Sequence record: PP579741.1
Reading direction: 5' to 3' (one strand)
DNA length: 64,000 nt
Source: Enterobacter phage KKP_3711
The notes beneath the pieces are model-generated. The model did no database searches, had not been told where the DNA came from, and was given only the letters and a program-made list of their open reading frames with translations. Shown piece after piece: positions 43,433 through 52,188 of the stretch. The number at the start of each line of letters is the position of its first letter. Position 1 is the first letter of the stretch. Position numbers and translations under genes: made by a program.

Positions 43433-44641
43433 ATGGGTATTAAAAGCTGGATAATTGAAAAACTTAATCCTGTGCAGAATATAATGCGCGATTATGAACC
43501 CAATAGTGAAAGAACTCTTCGCCAACCTTATACCGCTTCCGCTGCATATAGAACCATTGGACTAGTAAACCGTATCGTGAATATGGTAGTTGATGGTGCA
43601 GCAGAGTGTGATTATGAAGTTGGCGAACAAAATAAAGGGATTCTTTCCTATGGGACCATAAAGGGTGTAACTTTAGATAAGCTTCTAAATGTTCAACCCA
43701 ACCCATTCATGGATATAAGTACTTTCCGTAGATTGATCGTAACAGATCTTCTGTTTGAAGGTTGCGCTTATATTCATTTTGATGGTTCAGCATTATATCA
43801 TATACCTGCATGGAATATGGAAGTTAAAGCAGACAGCAAAAAATATATAAATTCGTTTGTCTTTAATGGTAATGTTAACATTCCTGTGAACGAAGTTATC
43901 TTCATTAAAGATAACGCATTCATTCATGGAGCTACTTCTCAAGTATCAGGACAATCTCGTATTCAGACTGTTCTTGGCTCATTAGAAAAAATGTCCAAGA
44001 TGCAGGAGTTTAAAGAAAAATTCTTAGATAACGGTACAGTTATCGGGCTAATTCTAGAGACTGACGAGGTTCTGAACAAAAAATTACGCGAACGTAAGCA
44101 ACAAGAACTGCAATTAGACTATAATCCACGTACTGGACAGTCAACAGTTCTAATCCTAGATGGTGGTATGAAGGCTAAGCCTTACTCACAAATTTCATCT
44201 TTCAAAGATTTAGACTTTGAAAACGATTTGAAACGTTATACTAGTGATGTATGTGTTACGTTAGGTGTCCCAGAATTGCTAATACAAGGTGGTAACAACG
44301 CGAATATTCGTCCGAACATTGATTTGTTCTACTATATGACGATTATTCCAATGCTTAAGAAATACTCAAGCGCTGTTTCCTTCTTCTTTGGCTTTAAAGT
44401 TAAGCCAACGCTATCTGAGGTAACTGCATTAACGCCTGATCGTGATGCAGAAGCGAAATATCTAACCTCCTTGGTTAACAATGGTATTATGACAGGTAAT
44501 GAGGCTCGTAAAGAACTTCGTCTAGAAGAGATAGATGACCCTCAAATGCAGAAAATCAGGATACCTGCCAACGTTGCCGGTTCTGCTACTGGAATTAGTG
44601 GGCAGGAAGGCGGTAGACCAACCGAAGAGGATAATAAATGA
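43433..44641 (+). CDS. portal protein (pb7-like)
   Basis: 402 aa vs 403-aa T5 portal; between terminase and prohead protease. Confidence 0.75.
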   Translation: MGIKSWIIEKLNPVQNIMRDYEPNSERTLRQPYTASAAYRTIGLVNRIVNMVVDGAAECDYEVGEQNKGILSYGTIKGVTLDKLLNVQPNPFMDISTFRRLIVTDLLFEGCAYIHFDGSALYHIPAWNMEVKADSKKYINSFVFNGNVNIPVNEVIFIKDNAFIHGATSQVSGQSRIQTVLGSLEKMSKMQEFKEKFLDNGTVIGLILETDEVLNKKLRERKQQELQLDYNPRTGQSTVLILDGGMKAKPYSQISSFKDLDFENDLKRYTSDVCVTLGVPELLIQGGNNANIRPNIDLFYYMTIIPMLKKYSSAVSFFFGFKVKPTLSEVTALTPDRDAEAKYLTSLVNNGIMTGNEARKELRLEEIDDPQMQKIRIPANVAGSATGISGQEGGRPTEEDNK

Positions 44642-45117
44642 TTGATTATAGTGCTTTAGAGGCTATTTTCGGCAAAACTCTTCCAAGATCCGATATCTTT
44701 TTCGCAACAAGAGCTGCTAGAGCGATTGTTCCAGGATATGCGGCTTTACGTAGAGAGTTTGGACTATCATCCGCTCATACTAATCGTAAAGTTTGGAAGA
44801 TGTTTATGGCTAAATATGCCGAAGAAACAGCTGAAACTACAGTTCCAGTAACTGGTGTAACAGTAGCTCCTACAACAGCTACCTTAGCACCTGGAGCTAC
44901 GCAACAGCTGACTCCTACAGTTGCACCTGCTAATGCAACTAATAAGTCCGTGACTTATAGTTCTAGTGATGAAGCCGTAGCTACCGTTAGTGTAGTAGGT
45001 CTTATTACTGTAAAAGCTGATGCTACTGATGGACAAACTGCTAATATTACAGTAACTACTGCTGACGGTGCTAAAACTGCTGTTTGTGTAGTAACTGTTG
45101 AAACCGGAGAAGCCTAA
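44638..45117 (+). CDS. head decoration protein with C-terminal Ig-like (Big_2) domain (pb10-like)
   Basis: C-terminal VPVTGVTVAPTTATLAPGATQQLTPTVAP ... TVTTADG Big_2 signature; T5 gene order. Confidence 0.6.
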   Translation: MIDYSALEAIFGKTLPRSDIFFATRAARAIVPGYAALRREFGLSSAHTNRKVWKMFMAKYAEETAETTVPVTGVTVAPTTATLAPGATQQLTPTVAPANATNKSVTYSSSDEAVATVSVVGLITVKADATDGQTANITVTTADGAKTAVCVVTVETGEA

Positions 45118-45752
45118 TGGAAAACGTGGTTCACTTAGATAAAAATCTAAAGAACCCCGTTCACCTAGATGCTACGATCAAAGCTATTGAAGCTACAGAT
45201 AAATCTCTTAAAATTCGTGGATTTGCTAATACCATTAGTAAAGACCGCGCTGGTGATGTTATCGTAGCCTCTGCTTGGACAACTTCAAATGCTCTCAAGA
45301 ACTACATGAAAAACCCAATCATTTTGTTTGGACATGATCATGAACGTCCTATTGGTAAGTGTATCGATATGGTGCCTACTGAAATGGGATTAGAAATTGA
45401 AGCTGAAATCTTTGAAGATGCAGATCCTAGTATTTTTAGTCTTATCAAAAACGGGGTTTTAAAAACTTTCAGTGTTGGGTTCCGTATTCTCGATGCAGAT
45501 TGGGATGATGATACTCACACATTTATGATTCTAGACCTGGAACTATTTGAAGTATCAGTAGTTTCTGTTCCATGCAACCAAGATTCTACATTTAATCTTG
45601 CAAAAAGTATGAATGGCCTAGACTATATGGATTTAAGAAGTAAATTCGCAAAACAACAGGATTCTGAGGCTAAGTCTAAAACGCCAGAAGAATCAAATTT
45701 GACAGAAATCGAGAAGCTTTGTATGGCTCTTGGATTGACAATAGAGGAATAA
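45117..45752 (+). CDS. prohead protease (pb11-like)
   Basis: 211 aa vs 210 in T5; directly upstream of the major capsid gene. Confidence 0.7.
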   Translation: MENVVHLDKNLKNPVHLDATIKAIEATDKSLKIRGFANTISKDRAGDVIVASAWTTSNALKNYMKNPIILFGHDHERPIGKCIDMVPTEMGLEIEAEIFEDADPSIFSLIKNGVLKTFSVGFRILDADWDDDTHTFMILDLELFEVSVVSVPCNQDSTFNLAKSMNGLDYMDLRSKFAKQQDSEAKSKTPEESNLTEIEKLCMALGLTIEE

Positions 45753-45757
45753 TTTAA

Positions 45758-47131
45758 ATGTCTTTTGATTTAGAAAAACTGCGTAAAGAACTTGGTCTTG
45801 ACACTATTACTGACGCTCTGAAAGCTCAGGAAGATGCTCGTAAGGCTGAAGAAGCTCGTAAAGCTGCTGAAGCTGCTAAAGCCGCTGAAGAAGCTCGTAT
45901 GAAGAAGATGGTAGATGAAGCTACTGGCGAAACTAAAGAAAAGCTGGAAGCTGCTCTGGGCATCATCAAAGAGTTCTCTGACTCTAAGAAAACTTCTGAC
46001 GAAGAATTCGCTAAGAAGCTGAATGATAGCCAAGAAACTATCGTTATGCTGCAAGATCAGGTTAAACAACTGTTAGCTGCTCGCGAAGGTAAAGGTTTCG
46101 TTTCTAACGCAATCACCCACGCAATGTTCGGCGACCAGAAAGGTTTCGAAGAAGAAGTAGAAAAAGTAGTTCTGCTTTCCTATATCATGGAAAAAGGTAT
46201 CTTTGATACTGAATATGGTGCTGCTCACCAGAAGGCTGTTAACTCTAGCTCTTCTATTGAAGTTTCTACCGAAAACTACGAAACTATCTTCTCCACCCGT
46301 ATCCTGCGTGATATTGAAGCTGAGCTGAAAATTGGTCGTATGTTCACTGAACTCCCAATGTCCAGCAAAAACCTGACTATGCTGGTTGAGCCAGAAGCTG
46401 GTGAAGCGAGCTGGGTAGATGCTTCTACTTACGGTACTCCTGCTACTACTGGTGACGAGCTGAAAACTAAGCTGGGCGAAGTTTCCTTCCGTACCTTCAA
46501 GCTGGCTGCTAAGTCTTTCATCACTGATGAAACTGAGGAAGATGCAATCATCTCTCTGCTGCCTATCCTGCGTCGTCGTCTGATCGAAGCACATGCTGTT
46601 TCTATCGAGAAGGCTTTCCTGTTAGGTGATGGTAATGGTAAACCAACTGGTCTGGTTACTTTTGCACAGAATGATAATGCAGTATTCACTGCTGAAGCAA
46701 ATGCTGATGGTTCTGTATCTGTAACTGCTGCACAGATTCAGTCTATGCGTCGTATGCTGGGTCGTAAAGGTCTCGACCGTTCTAAGCTGGCTCTGGTTAT
46801 CTCCATGGATGCTTATTACGATCTGCTGACTGATGAAGAATGGCAGGACGTTGCTCAGGTTGGTGATGCTTCTGTGAAACTGACTGGTGAAGTAGGTCGT
46901 ATCTACGGTATCCCAGTTGTTGTTTCTGAGTACTTCCCTGATCGTGCTGCTGGTGCTGTATTCGGTGTTCTGGTTTATCGCGATAACTTCGTGGTTCCAC
47001 GTCAGCGTCAGGTAACTGTTGAGCGTGAACGTCAGGCAGAGCGTCAGCGTGATGCTTACTACGTTACTCAGCGTGTTAACCTACAGCGTTTCTTCGAAAA
47101 CGGTGTTGCTGCAATCAAATATGCTGCTTAA
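45758..47131 (+). CDS. major capsid protein (pb8-like) with N-terminal scaffolding domain
   Basis: 457 aa vs 458 in T5; coiled-coil A/E/K-rich N-terminus then HK97-like body; terminator follows. Confidence 0.8.
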   Translation: MSFDLEKLRKELGLDTITDALKAQEDARKAEEARKAAEAAKAAEEARMKKMVDEATGETKEKLEAALGIIKEFSDSKKTSDEEFAKKLNDSQETIVMLQDQVKQLLAAREGKGFVSNAITHAMFGDQKGFEEEVEKVVLLSYIMEKGIFDTEYGAAHQKAVNSSSSIEVSTENYETIFSTRILRDIEAELKIGRMFTELPMSSKNLTMLVEPEAGEASWVDASTYGTPATTGDELKTKLGEVSFRTFKLAAKSFITDETEEDAIISLLPILRRRLIEAHAVSIEKAFLLGDGNGKPTGLVTFAQNDNAVFTAEANADGSVSVTAAQIQSMRRMLGRKGLDRSKLALVISMDAYYDLLTDEEWQDVAQVGDASVKLTGEVGRIYGIPVVVSEYFPDRAAGAVFGVLVYRDNFVVPRQRQVTVERERQAERQRDAYYVTQRVNLQRFFENGVAAIKYAA

Positions 47132-47151
47132 TAGGCACTAATTGCCGGATA

Positions 47152-47178
47152 AAGGAGAGCTTCGGCTCTCCTTTTTTA
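47152..47178 (+). terminator. rho-independent terminator after the capsid gene
   Basis: AAGGAGAGC-TTCG-GCTCTCCTT plus TTTTTT. Confidence 0.65.
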
Positions 47179-47191
47179 TTATGGGTACTAC

Positions 47192-47701
47192 ATGGAAATT
47201 TTAACCGAAGATGATTACAGAATCTATGCGGGGCTTAAAAGACCTGAAGTAGATCCTAAAGTTCAACAGCTTATTAAAGCGGCTAATGCTCATGTTATTA
47301 AATACTTGAATATAGAAACTAGTCCTATTAGTAAAATTCAAGTAAATAGAAATAGAGATACTTACTTCCTAGATGCTATAGAAGCCACATCAATTGCTTC
47401 TGTTACTAGAATGGGGAGCACAGAGCCAGTTGACGTAGGGAGTTACTTCTTACAAGCTCCAGGTGTTTTAGTATTTACAACTGTTCCAATTGAAGGTTGG
47501 TATACTGTTGTAACAGATTCTGATCCTTTAGCTGTCACAGACGATTTAAAAACCGCTGTCTATCTTTTAGTACAGTATTGGGATAAAAATGAATACAGAG
47601 ATAGTAGAACATTTGGTGGAGAAACTGTTGCTTTCACCAACCAAAATACAGGTATGCCAAAACATATTCGTACTATCTTAGAACTATACCGTAATATCTA
47701 A
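47192..47701 (+). CDS. head completion / head-tail connector protein candidate
   Basis: 169-aa ORF following the capsid gene, T5 order. Confidence 0.45.
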   Translation: MEILTEDDYRIYAGLKRPEVDPKVQQLIKAANAHVIKYLNIETSPISKIQVNRNRDTYFLDAIEATSIASVTRMGSTEPVDVGSYFLQAPGVLVFTTVPIEGWYTVVTDSDPLAVTDDLKTAVYLLVQYWDKNEYRDSRTFGGETVAFTNQNTGMPKHIRTILELYRNI

Positions 47702-48468
47702 TGGCTTTATCTGATATTGCAAGAAGCATCATTAAGGATCAACTTGATACTAACAAAGGTGGTGCTTCCACTCGAAATAGCGTAACCTATGAAGTCGCAA
47801 CAGGACTCATAGATCCTGAGAAGGACGGCACAGTAGCTTCTGTAAGTTTTTCTTTCTCTAAACCAGTATCTGAAGATTTACTACTGACACAAACTGCTGC
47901 TATTCTTAATAGAATAACTCAAGCATTAGATGTTAATATGGATACTCAGGTTGTTAATTCTTTATTTGCAAAAATACTTGGACAAAAATCTGCTGCTAAG
48001 ATTGGTAGAAAGAGAACAAAAGGCAGTGTACAAGTAAACTTTGGAGATCCAGAGGATGCAGATGGAGAAGCCGGTTCAATTCGTGGTATATCAGGAAGAT
48101 ATATTTCACAATCTAACTTTAAAGCTGCTCTAGAACTATTAGCTAAGGCTTATCTTATTAAAGATATGCAGTCTCCTGGTGCTCCACTTAAGTTTAGAAC
48201 AGGTAGATTTGCAAACTCCCTTCGAATTAAAGATGTGGTTCAACGTCAGCAAAAAGCTGGTGATGCTCCAGAGCTTAATGTGTCTTACAATTACATGACA
48301 CGACCTTACTCCGTATTTGATCCTAGAGTCTCTACTTATAGAAATTTATCACTTAGACCTTTCCGTGGGGCACGAAATCCACAAGCTTTGATAGGTGAAG
48401 CCATAGCAAAAGCACTAAGAGATATTGTACACTCTAGATATAGATTGGTTGTAAGACAAGGAACTTAA
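47701..48468 (+). CDS. head-tail joining protein candidate (255 aa)
   Basis: Positional inference. Confidence 0.4.
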   Translation: MALSDIARSIIKDQLDTNKGGASTRNSVTYEVATGLIDPEKDGTVASVSFSFSKPVSEDLLLTQTAAILNRITQALDVNMDTQVVNSLFAKILGQKSAAKIGRKRTKGSVQVNFGDPEDADGEAGSIRGISGRYISQSNFKAALELLAKAYLIKDMQSPGAPLKFRTGRFANSLRIKDVVQRQQKAGDAPELNVSYNYMTRPYSVFDPRVSTYRNLSLRPFRGARNPQALIGEAIAKALRDIVHSRYRLVVRQGT

Positions 48469-48469
48469 T

Positions 48470-48949
48470 ATGGATTACAGAACTAGTATAACTGAGGCAC
48501 TGCGCCAGAAAATTTCTGATGAACTAGATGGCTCTAAGCCTGATGTATATTGGAATAATTTATTTGGTAATGTAGAACGAAAGGCATTTAAGTTTGAGGA
48601 AATAAACGAATTCCCATTCATTGGCTTACATATTGGCCCAGAATCTTTCGAGTACTTACCTTCCCGTCAGCAATGGATATATCTAGACATCTCTGTGCTT
48701 CTTTATGTTAGGAATGAGGGGGATGTTCAAGATCAACTTGAAAAATTGATCGCGGATGTAAAAACCATAATTGACAGTGACATGGATTTGACGTATACTA
48801 TAAATAAACCTGATGGGTCTACTTCGGTTGGCAAGGTAACTCAGATAACGATGAACTCTGTCAGCACTGATGAAGGCCTGCTTGATCCGTTTGGATTTGC
48901 GGAAATCAGTGTAACTTGTAGATATACACCTGATAAAAGACTATTTTAA
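48470..48949 (+). CDS. tail terminator protein candidate (p142-like)
   Basis: 159-aa ORF immediately upstream of the tail tube gene. Confidence 0.45.
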   Translation: MDYRTSITEALRQKISDELDGSKPDVYWNNLFGNVERKAFKFEEINEFPFIGLHIGPESFEYLPSRQQWIYLDISVLLYVRNEGDVQDQLEKLIADVKTIIDSDMDLTYTINKPDGSTSVGKVTQITMNSVSTDEGLLDPFGFAEISVTCRYTPDKRLF

Positions 48950-48969
48950 TAATAGGAGTGTAATTATAA

Positions 48970-50364
48970 ATGTCTGTACAACTACTTAGAGGTACACGAG
49001 TATGGGCTTCTACCGTAACTAGCGGATTCACAACTGCTAATACTCAGGAGATTCTGGTTCAGGATGATATCTCATTCAGCCAGGATGCTAACGTAACTGA
49101 TATTACGGTAAACGAAGCAGGTCCTCGTCCAACTCGTGGCTCAAAACGCTTTAACGATTCTCTAAACCCAGCAGATTGGAGCTTCTCCACCTATATTCTG
49201 CCATATGTCGATCCTGACGATAATCTCGTTAAGCTTCCAGACGTATTCCTGTGGCAGGGTCTCTGCTCTGGTTCTCCATTAGATTTAGATGGTGATCATG
49301 CAGTTCATACTAATGAAACTAACCTTATGGTTGATTTCAAGGATAATGCTTACCACGAACTTCTAATGATTCAGTTCTATATTCTTCTTGATAATATTTG
49401 GTATCGTATTAAAGATTGTCAGATCAACCAAGCAGAAATTAACGTTGACATCGAAGATATTGGTCTAGTAACCTGGTCTGGTAATGGTACTCAGATTGAA
49501 CAGCTTGAGGCTGCTCCCTTTGATGTTAATACTTTAGGTATGACTGATGAGTTTTATGCTAGACTTCAGGGTTCTTATCTGAAGAACAAACTTACAATCC
49601 TTAAACTTAAGGATATGGAAACTAGTAAAGCATACGATGTCCCAATCACTGGTGGTACGTTGACCATTAATAACAACGTAACTTATCTGACTCCAAACAC
49701 TCTGTCCCGTGTAGATATTCCAATTGGTTCCTTCACTGGTTCCTTCGAAGTTACCGGTTCTCTGAGTGCATATATGAATGACAAATCTATGGGTTCTGCG
49801 GAACTTTATCAGGATCTGTTAACTACTTTGAAATCTGTTAACAAATTCGAACTGTCAATCGTATTAGGTGGTGAATATGATGTTGAGCGTCCAGCAGCTA
49901 TCCTTACTGCTAAACAAGCTCACATGAATATTCCTTCTATCGAAACTGATGATGTACTTGGCACTACAGTTGAGTTTAAGGCTATTCCTACCGAACTGGA
50001 TGCAGGTGATGAAGCATTCTTGGGCTTCAGTCCTAAATATACTAAAACCACTATCAACAACTTCATCGTTAATGGTGATGGTGCAGAAGCAGTTAATGTT
50101 CCAGTAACTGGTGTAACAGTTGCTCCTAAAACTGCAACTTTAGCTCCAGGTGCTACTCAACAGTTAACTCCAACTATTGCCCCAACTAATGCAACTAATA
50201 AGTCTGTAACTTACTCTTCCTCTGCTAATGCAGTGGCAACTGTAAACTCTAGCGGTCTTGTTACTGTAGCACCTGCGGCAACAGATGGTCAAACAGCAAC
50301 TATCACAGTAACTACTGCTGACGGTTCTAAGACCGATACTTTTGTAGTGACTGTACGAGTATAA
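48970..50364 (+). CDS. major tail tube protein (pb6-like) with C-terminal Ig-like domain
   Basis: 464 aa, identical in length to T5 pb6; C-terminal Big_2 module. Confidence 0.8.
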   Translation: MSVQLLRGTRVWASTVTSGFTTANTQEILVQDDISFSQDANVTDITVNEAGPRPTRGSKRFNDSLNPADWSFSTYILPYVDPDDNLVKLPDVFLWQGLCSGSPLDLDGDHAVHTNETNLMVDFKDNAYHELLMIQFYILLDNIWYRIKDCQINQAEINVDIEDIGLVTWSGNGTQIEQLEAAPFDVNTLGMTDEFYARLQGSYLKNKLTILKLKDMETSKAYDVPITGGTLTINNNVTYLTPNTLSRVDIPIGSFTGSFEVTGSLSAYMNDKSMGSAELYQDLLTTLKSVNKFELSIVLGGEYDVERPAAILTAKQAHMNIPSIETDDVLGTTVEFKAIPTELDAGDEAFLGFSPKYTKTTINNFIVNGDGAEAVNVPVTGVTVAPKTATLAPGATQQLTPTIAPTNATNKSVTYSSSANAVATVNSSGLVTVAPAATDGQTATITVTTADGSKTDTFVVTVRV

Positions 50365-50373
50365 GGGACTTAA

Positions 50374-51267
50374 ATGCGTTACTCTTTACTGCGAGAGTCT
50401 AGAGTAGTGATTCATTATGACGGCAGGGCGTACGAATTTGACGCCCTGTCAAATGTGAGCGCCGGAATAGACTATCAAGAATACAAAACAACACGTAAAA
50501 CATTACATAAGCGTAGAAACTACCCTTTATCTAAAGTGGTATCTAAAAATCCTTCCGATATTTCTTTAGCTGTTAACTTAACAGATAATCAACTGGAAAT
50601 CAATTTTTTCCGTTGGTTAGGTCTACAGGAATACGGAGCACATATAATGTATCTTCCAGATGTATCGGAATTAACTCCGGTAGTATTTGATATGTACATT
50701 ATTACTAAAGGATCTATTCTTCGTTGTAAACACTGTTTTGTATCTGCTGTGGATTTTACACTAGAGAAAGCTGTACCTTTGTTAAATATTGCAATTGAAG
50801 GTGCAGATGTTGTCGAAGTGTATGATTACCCTGATACTGGTTCTCTAATGCAAGGTAATATCCTTACATACAGCCCGTTAAGAGTGAACATTAATAATAA
50901 TGAGATGCCTGCACTAATTGGTGCTGGTATTTCTTTCCAACAGCAGTGCAATTGGAGAGAACAACGAACTATTCATGACATAGGTAGAATATACACACAT
51001 AAAACAGCCATTGTCAGCGAAATGAATGCTTCAGCTACTATTAACTTCAACTTTGCCAATAGGTTTAGTAGAAGTACAATGATAGAAGATGTTCCTCTAT
51101 ATAGTGTGCCAGTGGCACTTTTTAATAGACATATATCTATTAATTTTCCTAATTCCAAAATAACTAAACGCCTAAGTGTTGCTGATGTTTATTCCATCTC
51201 TTTTGATGTTACTCCTATAGAAGAGAGTGAAGAACCAGTAACAATTCAATTCTTCGGAGAGAATTAA
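50374..51267 (+). CDS. minor tail protein p140-like (baseplate tube)
   Basis: 297 aa vs 298-aa T5 p140; position after pb6. Confidence 0.5.
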   Translation: MRYSLLRESRVVIHYDGRAYEFDALSNVSAGIDYQEYKTTRKTLHKRRNYPLSKVVSKNPSDISLAVNLTDNQLEINFFRWLGLQEYGAHIMYLPDVSELTPVVFDMYIITKGSILRCKHCFVSAVDFTLEKAVPLLNIAIEGADVVEVYDYPDTGSLMQGNILTYSPLRVNINNNEMPALIGAGISFQQQCNWREQRTIHDIGRIYTHKTAIVSEMNASATINFNFANRFSRSTMIEDVPLYSVPVALFNRHISINFPNSKITKRLSVADVYSISFDVTPIEESEEPVTIQFFGEN

Positions 51268-51269
51268 TA

Positions 51270-51674
51270 ATGTTAAATTTAAAAGATATTGCAATTGATA
51301 CCAAAGAAGTAGAAGTTTCCTTCCCTGGTTTTGATACCTTCAAAGTTCGTATTAAGTATGTAAGTCGTGCAGCTTCTAAGAAATTGCTTGAAGATTCAGA
51401 AGTTAAAGAATTTAAAAACGGTACTCTGATTAATATCCGCCGTGACGAGGATAAATTCTCTAACCTGTTCTCACAGCACTGTATTACTGGTTGGTCTGGT
51501 CTAACTCTAGATATCGTTAGCCATCTTATTCTGGTTGATATTGGTGATCGAGATCCTTCTGCTGAAGTTCCTTACTCTTCTGATAACGCAGCTATGCTGT
51601 TGAAGAATAGTGTAGCATTTAACCGCTTCATTGATGAAACTGTGTTCGACTTAGAAACGTTTCGTACAAAATAA
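51270..51674 (+). CDS. tail assembly chaperone candidate
   Basis: 134-aa ORF upstream of the tape measure gene. Confidence 0.45.
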   Translation: MLNLKDIAIDTKEVEVSFPGFDTFKVRIKYVSRAASKKLLEDSEVKEFKNGTLINIRRDEDKFSNLFSQHCITGWSGLTLDIVSHLILVDIGDRDPSAEVPYSSDNAAMLLKNSVAFNRFIDETVFDLETFRTK

Positions 51675-51777
51675 TCGGTTAGCTTTAGAAAAGGCTATTA
51701 TACGATTTGCAAAACAAGTTAATAGTCCTGCTGCCTCTAAAATAAATAAGGAGAAATACCTCCTTATTTGTGAGCAG

Positions 51778-52098
51778 ATGGGGCATGAACCTGATCCAGA
51801 AGCTATGCCCTTAGAAATGTCGGATTTTCCTCCTATTGTTTCTTTAGGTATACATTTATTTAACCAATTACGAGATCATTATATTCCTGGGGAAATGCCC
51901 ATATATTCAGGTAAAGACCTAACCGCCCTACCGGTTTTATTTGACATATATGAAATAACTTCTCCGATAGAAAAGGAATTTTTGCTTCGAGTAATTAATA
52001 TCCTAGATACTGAAGCTGTTACGGCAGCAAGAAATAAGGCTAAAAAAGCTATAAAGCCTAAAGTCTCGGATGTAAAGGGTGGTTCCAGAATTAAGTAA
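51778..52098 (+). CDS. second tape-measure chaperone-region ORF (106 aa from first ATG; frame open from 51655)
   Basis: Frame open through the 104-nt gap back into the end of the upstream ORF in a different frame. Confidence 0.4.
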   Translation: MGHEPDPEAMPLEMSDFPPIVSLGIHLFNQLRDHYIPGEMPIYSGKDLTALPVLFDIYEITSPIEKEFLLRVINILDTEAVTAARNKAKKAIKPKVSDVKGGSRIK

Positions 52099-52133
52099 TT
52101 TCCTCCAAGATGGGCGTTCCACGATGAGGGTTT

Positions 52134-52166
52134 GGCTCTGAGTGTAATTGCTCAGAGCCTTTTTTA
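52134..52166 (+). terminator. rho-independent terminator-like hairpin
   Basis: GGCTCTGAG-tgtaattg-CTCAGAGCC plus TTTTTT. Confidence 0.5.
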
Positions 52167-52188
52167 TTGTCTAAAATACAGGTGAATA

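Noticed and set aside
45770-46800. Minus-strand ORFs inside the capsid gene (45770-46069, 46073-46594, 46429-46689, 46797-47000)
   Set aside because: Antisense to a high-confidence structural gene with repetitive GCT/GAA codons; artefacts of the low-complexity coding sequence.
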